In this document: one piece after another, positions 22,576 through 29,055 of the stretch
How the letters are laid out: every line of letters begins with the position of its first letter
Numbering within the stretch: position 1 is the first letter of the stretch
DNA from: Octopus sinensis
Taxonomy: Eukaryota
Length of the DNA: 29,055 bases
Assembly (NCBI RefSeq): GCF_006345805.1
Contig: NW_021833191.1
Span: forward strand, 1-29,055
Reading direction: 5' to 3'
Translations under genes and position numbers: made by a program
The notes under the pieces: model-generated
Databases searched by the model: none
Seen by the model: the letters and a program-made list of their open reading frames with translations, nothing else
What the model was told of the DNA's origin: nothing

Positions 22576-23125
22576 TTAAGCACAAAAGCTATAATAATTG
22601 TTAGTCTCTCGTACAGTAAACTTGACGATCTCATTACTTTTGAGTGCCATAAAAGAGTCCCTTTTCTTTGCGTCCGGCATTATCATAAATTTATTTAAGA
22701 TTCCCGCATAGTTGTCAAATAAATATACAAATGGACAAAAATCGATGCACTTTATCGATCCATAGTTAGTCGGCCCATCACTTTCTTCCGTGCTATCTAG
22801 AATATCATCATCATCATCATCATGTACTTCATCTGATAAAGAAGGAAATTTCTTCATTCCAGTATAAATCTTTCGTTTGTGACCGGATTTCTGCCACCGA
22901 TAAGGGCCGCTTACGCTTATTCATGAAATAATCGCCCAGGCATGAATTGATTTGCGGCGAATCTATGTAAAAGTCTTTTTAAACATTATGTTTTCCACTT
23001 TTCTCTAACAAAACAGCAATTGATTACGTTCGCCGTTTAAAGGTTAAAGAAGGCTGGCGCAACGCCTTTACTTGAAGAAATCGAACCACAGGATTTATTT
23101 TTTGTAAACCTAGTACTTGTTCAAT
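22576..23125 (-). pseudogene. Possible decayed coding segment, unassigned
   Basis: 93-aa ORF with acidic run (DEVHDDDDDDILDSTEESD) and CIDFCPFVYLFDNYAG. An upstream shifted frame reads DFYIDSPQINSCLGDYFMNKRKRPLSVAEIRSQTKDLYWNEE. No family recognised. Confidence 0.25.
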
Positions 23126-23149
23126 CGGTGTGTTTTGCCCAGAAGCTAG

Positions 23150-23294
23150 GTTACAGGGATGTAAACACAGCAACATCGGTTGTCAAGCGACGATTGGGAT
23201 ACAAACACACACACACACACACCACACACACACACACAAATATACACATATATACGACATATATATATATTATATATATATATATATATATATC

Positions 23295-23348
<54 letters not shown>

Positions 23349-23415
23349 GACGGGCCTCTTTCAGTTTCCGTCTACGAAATCCACTGACAAGGATTTGGTG
23401 GGCCTGAGGCTATAG
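23150..23415 (-). mobile_element. SINE fragment (family of 25690-26175) with internal (CA)/(TA) tract
   Basis: catcggttgtcaagcga...(CA)n(TA)n...cgacgggcctctttcagtttccgtctac. Confidence 0.8.
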
Positions 23416-23526
23416 TATATATATATATATATATTATTATATATATATACATTACTTATTATATTATATTTTTTTATAATTCATTTTATACTTTTTGAGA
23501 TCTAGTTATAGGCTATATATTTTTAA

Positions 23527-23568
<42 letters not shown>

Positions 23569-23657
23569 TGTTATTTATATATTGGTTTATGTCTATCACT
23601 GTTTGAGTTGCATAATAGTGGTTTTATCTCTAATTTATATTTTATACATATATATAT

Positions 23658-23720
<63 letters not shown>

Positions 23721-23721
<1 letters not shown>

Positions 23722-24026
23722 GAGGGGTGTATGAATAATTTTGAGCCTAACCTAGAAACAAGGCTGCTAGGTAGCTGATACGGCTTTTTTTCTGGTCAGT
23801 GCAGTCTTTTCGGAGTATTCTTGCTCATTTTCATGATTCTGATATTTTAAATTTTTTGTTGCAGATTTTTGAATAAACAAGCGTCGAGGTTACAAGAAAA
23901 ATGGAGAAAACTGAGTATCGTGCTGTCATAAAGTACTTTCATTTGAAAGGCATGACTCCATCAGAAATCCATAAAGATATGGTGAGAACCTTAACAGACA
24001 ATGCTCCTTCATATGCAACAGTAAAC
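23721..24026 (+). mobile_element. Mariner transposon 5' remnant
   Basis: TA + cgagggg TIR start. ATG at 23901 gives MEKTEYRAVIKYFHLKGMTPSEIHKDMVRTLTDNAPSYATV, a mariner N-terminal HTH. Confidence 0.88.
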
Positions 24027-24590
24027 GTTCTAGTTGAGAGATTGTGTCTTTGCACTGATAGAAAGGGAAGACTGTGAAATTTGGTTTGATGTTACCTGCA
24101 CATTTTTCTATATGTTCACTGAGAGGAATTTGTATTGCGGGAAACGGATTTGCTCTTTCTGTAGAGTGGTTCTCTTTCTCAAGGTCATACTCGTTTGTCC
24201 AATATAGTGGTGTACGCAACTCGAGCAGGATATTACATAAATTAGGTTCTCAGAGGCACAAGTGAAACTAGTTTTAATTGTGAACCTCTATCCTTGTTTG
24301 AAAAGGAAATCCGAGCCTTCAAGCAGGTTGGGGCAGTTTCCACAGTTTGAGCGTCCACATTTTTCAACATTTGGTTTCGTGGTTATTTTGTAATGCTTCG
24401 CATTTGTAATAGTCTCCTTGGCGATTTGTTTTTTGCATTTGATGAGTTTGCGTGTTTTCAGGATGTCGTTCCTTTTTTGATCTCTAGTTAGTAAAGAAAG
24501 AGTTTGCACAATAGTGTTGAATGCCTCACTGTTTCTGGAGTTGTGTTGATATCAACACAACTGTACGCCTTTGTAACTCACTCATATTTT
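24027..24590 (-). mobile_element. Degenerate Neptune-type PLE fragment (linker + GIY-YIG region)
   Basis: KCGRSNCGNCPNLLEGSDFLFKQG and IPLSEHIEKCAG...FPFYQC closely match the ORF at 17200-18684. Confidence 0.87.
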
Positions 24591-24707
24591 ATTCACTTAC
24601 CCTGAAAACTGCACATCGGAAATTTTATAGAAAGTATTTTTGTATTTTTATATAAAGTACATGTATACATGCATATGTAGATATATATATAAATACATAT
24701 ATATGTA

Positions 24708-24749
<42 letters not shown>

Positions 24750-24751
24750 TA

Positions 24752-24787
<36 letters not shown>

Positions 24788-24799
24788 TACATACATGCA

Positions 24800-25142
24800 T
24801 AAGGGGTAAAGACCCCCTTCGGTCATGAATGACCATGGGATTGCACCTAGAAAGTTACCCTCCTAGACACAAGTCCGGGCAAGGTTGTTTATGGAAGACC
24901 AGCAGTCGCCCGTGCATACCAGCCTCCCCTCTCCACGACACCAGTGTTACCCAAGGGAAAGACAAAGGTCGATACAGCTTGGCACCTGTGACGTCGCAAC
25001 TCATTTCTACAGCTGAGTGAACTGGAGCAACGTGAAATAAAGTGCCTTGCTCGAGAACACAACACGCAGCCCGGTCCGGGATTCGAGCTCACAACCTCAC
25101 GATCGTAAGCTCGACGCTCTAACCACTGAGCCATGCGCCTTC
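24800..25142 (-). mobile_element. tRNA-derived SINE
   Basis: Head tgaaggcgcatggctcagtggttagagcgtcgagcttacgatcgtgaggttgtgagctcgaatcccgg; flanked by TA/TACA tracts. Confidence 0.87.
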
Positions 25143-25162
25143 ATATACATGCATATATATAT

Positions 25163-25194
<32 letters not shown>

Positions 25195-25689
25195 CATATA
25201 CACACGCACACACACACACACACTCACACACACAGACGTATATATATATAACCCCTCATGAGGTTTTTTTTTATTTTAGGGAATTTAAAAATAATTTTGG
25301 CGAATTTATTTTCTATACACGGAAATTCATCCGATTAACCAAAAACGGAAGAAAATATTTTTGGGAGCTCGATTTAAGGCTTGATTAGCTGTTATTTTTA
25401 TCAGCTGTAACCACCACCTCATATGTCATATGTTTTAAAGCGTTCAAGAATAACCTTCTTGAATACGTTCAGAAATACGAAAAGAATTGAGTCAATGAAT
25501 GAGGAAAGAATTGTAGACAGGGATGTGGATTTAAATCATTAAAGGAATGAAAAGGTCGTTCATAAGTTTAGAAGAAGTTGTAAAAACAGAGAAAGTGAAA
25601 GTGAAAGCAAGAGAAACATCCGTTTGGAGATTTAAGGTGAAATGAACAGACTAATTCGCTTGAGACCTTTCTGAGAGAAATCAGAAAAG

Positions 25690-26175
25690 TCTTTCTTTTA
25701 CTCTTTTACTCTTTTACTCTTTTATTTGTTTCAGTCATTTGACTGCGGCCATGCTGGAGCACCGCCTTTAGCCGAGCAAATCGACCCCTAGTACTTATTC
25801 CATCGGTCTCTTTTGCCGAACCGCTATGTTACGGTGACATAAACACACCAGCATCGGTTGTCAAGCGATGTTGGGAGGACAAACACAGACACACGCACAC
25901 ACACACACACACACACGCACACACACACACACACACGCACACACACACACGCACACACACACACACGCACACACACACACACACAAACATATATATATAC
26001 ATATATACGAAGGGATTCTTTCAGTTTCCGTCTACCAAATCCTCTCACAAGGCTTTACTCAGCCCGAGGTATAGCAGAAGACAGTAGTCCAGGGTGTCAC
26101 GCAGTGGGATTGAACCCGGAACTGTGAGGTTGGTAAGCAAGCTACTTACCACACAGCCACTCCTACGCCTATAAT
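25690..26175 (-). mobile_element. Full-length tRNA-derived SINE with internal (TG)n and (GTAAAAGA)n tail
   Basis: Head ggcgtaggagtggctgtgtggtaag...ggttcaatcccac; 3' end gcggtgctccagcatggccgcagtcaaatgactgaaac plus tandem tail. Confidence 0.88.
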
Positions 26176-26266
26176 TGTTTTACATTATTTTTATTAAATG
26201 AAATACCTAAAGTTATATTTGTTAATCAGCAGCACCGTAATTATTGCCCTAGGAATCGTTACCCTA

Positions 26267-27579
26267 TTTATATTTCAATTCATTTATTTGAAATCTATCC
26301 AAATTAAATCCTAAACCCCAGCGGGATTCGAAGTCAAGATGTGAAGTTTCATGGTTGAATACTAAAGATATTTTATCAGTCGATTCATGATTTCTACAAA
26401 TCTACCCCTGTCTTTTCCATTCTTTTTGGAAATGAGAAATGATAATAGTAAACCGAATGTAACGAAAACACAAGTCAGCTACAGTATTTTATATTATAGA
26501 ATTATAAAATTGATTTCAGTAATAATCTCTCTTTATTAATTCATATTATATGCCTCTTGTATGAATAAAACACATACTCTATCAGGTCTAGTCAGAAAAC
26601 AAGACCTGATAAAGAAAATCTGGAGTACGTTTTGAATTTAGCAGGCAAAATCACTTTAAATTCATTGAAATATTCCAGGCACCAGACAAGAAAAAATTTG
26701 CCCAGTGTTATTTATTTTAATATTCAACAACTCGCTAATCACTATCCTAAGATTTATTACCCTATTTTCATATGTATTTCTTTATTTTAAATCTGTCTAT
26801 CTAGATTAAATCATAAATCACAGCAAAATTCGAAATCAGAACGTTGAGTTTCAAGACAGTTTAGATAGGATAGTTGATCAGTCGATCCATGATTTCTACA
26901 AATCCATCTCCGTCCTTTCCATTCTCATTGGAAGTGGAAAATGAAAATGGTAAACCGAGTATAATAAAAGCACAAGTCAGCTACAGTATTTTATATCATA
27001 GAATAATAAAACAATTTCAGTAATTATCTCTCTTTTCATTCTTAATATTATTAATTCACTTACCTTTAAGGTTCATGACTGTTTCAGGGTTGTTAAGTAA
27101 ACTTCACTTTTAGTTGCAAAATCGACCAACAAGACGTGTCTCACTGCAAACAATAAGCTTCTGCCTTTAATGTTCCCTTTTCCTAGTCTCGATAAACAAG
27201 CTTTCTTTTATTTATTCCTATTCTCTTCCTTCTGATAATTTAAGAATAAATTCAGGATATTTCACAGTTGATATCTTTTGGCATTGGCTTCGAAAAGACG
27301 ATGTCTTTAAAACAATCTCTCCCGAGTTCTTCCACTCTTATAAATCGCTGGCCAACTTGAACTTTTTTTCGCTCTTACTCCAGAAGTCGTCGCCAGGTAA
27401 TTTCACTTTTCGTTAAATAAGTTCTTAAATTCCAGGTCTTATATTCGTTTGTCTTTCTCTCCAGAATGCTTTGCTCTTCAGAAGGTAAGTAAATTATCAG
27501 TTTTACCCGTAGCTTTGTTAGGGTTTCAACAGCAACTGTTTCTATCTATCGATCTTAGCAAATATACGCAAGTATAAAT

Positions 27580-27648
<69 letters not shown>

Positions 27649-27916
27649 ATATATACTTGTATATATACATATTCATATATACATATACACACATATATAT
27701 ACATATACATATATATGCATATACATATCTATATATACATACAGACTATATCTATAACTATATATACATATATGTATATCTATATATATACATTTAAGTA
27801 TATATATGTATATATATATATTTGTATATATACATATGTATACATACATATGATATACATAAATATATTTATATATATGTATGTGTATATATATATGTAT
27901 ATATATATATATATAT

Positions 27917-27966
<50 letters not shown>

Positions 27967-28321
27967 ATATATATAGATATATATATATATACATATATCT
28001 ATGTGTGTTTACCTGTATATACACATATACATACATACAGGTAGATAGATTGATGGATAGATAGATAGATGTACGCGGGTCCTTCTAGTTCAAAATCCAC
28101 TTACATCGATCTTAGCAAATATACGCTTGAAAGAAGTCGACTGCTTTTGGATGCATGGTGAGCGAAACGATTTTATTTTAACTTGGCAATATATCGATAG
28201 CTTCAAATTTTTAATTATGCACTAGATAATTTATACTCAATGCCATCGAAAGTGGTGTGGTCATCGAGTACAAGAAAGGAGTAAATAAACTTTTTATGAA
28301 ATAAAGCCTTGATTAGGATTG
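26267..28321 (-). pseudogene. Copy 3 of the decayed coding-like unit, split by a low-complexity insertion
   Basis: Colinear with copy 2 over 26267-27569 and resumes at 28105. Reads FIYSFLVLDDHTTFDGIEY (28235-28285) and [30 protein letters not shown]. Confidence 0.5.
27570..28104. repeat. TA-rich insertion flanked by a 22-bp direct repeat
   Basis: atcgatcttagcaaatatacgc occurs at both 27548-27569 and 28105-28126; copies 1 and 2 have the homologous site only once. Confidence 0.85.
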
Positions 28322-28324
28322 AAA

Positions 28325-28341
28325 TAATATTAGTATTATTA

Positions 28342-28432
<91 letters not shown>

Positions 28433-28659
28433 TATTTTTATTATTAATATTATAATAATTATTATTATTAATATTATTATCAATATATTAATTAATATTA
28501 TTATTATTATTATTATTATTTTATTATTATCACTATTATTATTATTACCATTATTATTATTATTATTTTTATTTCTATAATAATAATAATATTAATAATA
28601 ACATAATAAATGTAATTTTTATATCCATACACATATATATATACATATATATATATACG

Positions 28660-28697
<38 letters not shown>

Positions 28698-29000
28698 TGT
28701 ATATATACATACTTATATATACATATATATACATATACATATATATAATACATACATATATCTATAACTATATATACACATAAGTATATATATCTTCATA
28801 TATATACATTTAAGAATATATATGTATATATATATGTATATATACATATGTACACATACATATGATATACATATATGTATATATTTATATATATATGGAT
28901 GTGTGTATACATATATATGTATATACAGATATATATGTGTGTATACATATATATGCATATATACATATATACAGGTAGATAGATAGATAGATTGATAGAT
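28325..29000. repeat. (ATT)/(AAT) tract followed by a complex TA-rich cassette homologous to ~27690-28070
   Basis: Shared strings tatctataactatatataca, atatatacatttaag, catacatatgatataca and acaggtagatagat. Confidence 0.85.
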
Positions 29001-29055
29001 ACCATTTTCATTTTCCACTTCCGATGAGAATGGAAAGGACGGAAATGGATTTGTA
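29001..29055 (+). pseudogene. Start of copy 4 of the unit, inverted orientation
   Basis: accattttcattttccacttccgatgagaatggaaaggacggaaatggatttgta is the reverse complement of ~26897-26951 with 2 mismatches. Confidence 0.85.

Noticed and set aside
26267-28321. Plus-strand LRR/Toll-like reading (KIDFSNNL, SIDLSK)
   Set aside because: The motifs are short, need several frame changes and are interrupted by conserved stops. The minus-strand frame is longer and more consistent, though not proven.

Overview
AT-rich eukaryotic DNA with dense microsatellites and no intact host gene. The tRNA-derived SINE families and the (TA)n/(TACA)n/(ATT)n load suggest a cephalopod (Octopus-like) genome; this is inference. 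Mobile DNA: two long Penelope-like retroelements (PLEs, RT + C-terminal GIY-YIG) of different clades, a third PLE fragment, a near-complete RTE LINE and an RTE 3' fragment, Tc1 and mariner remnants, about 7 SINEs, and a 38-bp minisatellite with a 228-bp higher-order repeat. Best-supported hidden signal: a ~99% identical 291-bp inverted repeat (12650-13461) in which each arm carries a complete type I hammerhead ribozyme. Three more hammerhead-like motifs occur elsewhere, two degenerate and one with a 1-nt core insertion. The elements sit within four copies (one inverted) of a decayed coding-like unit. Its reconstructed frame tentatively resembles a STAND/nSTAND3-type P-loop NTPase. Nearly all short ORFs in the track are microsatellite artefacts. 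All alignments and translations were done by eye, and boundaries are approximate unless an exact match is quoted.
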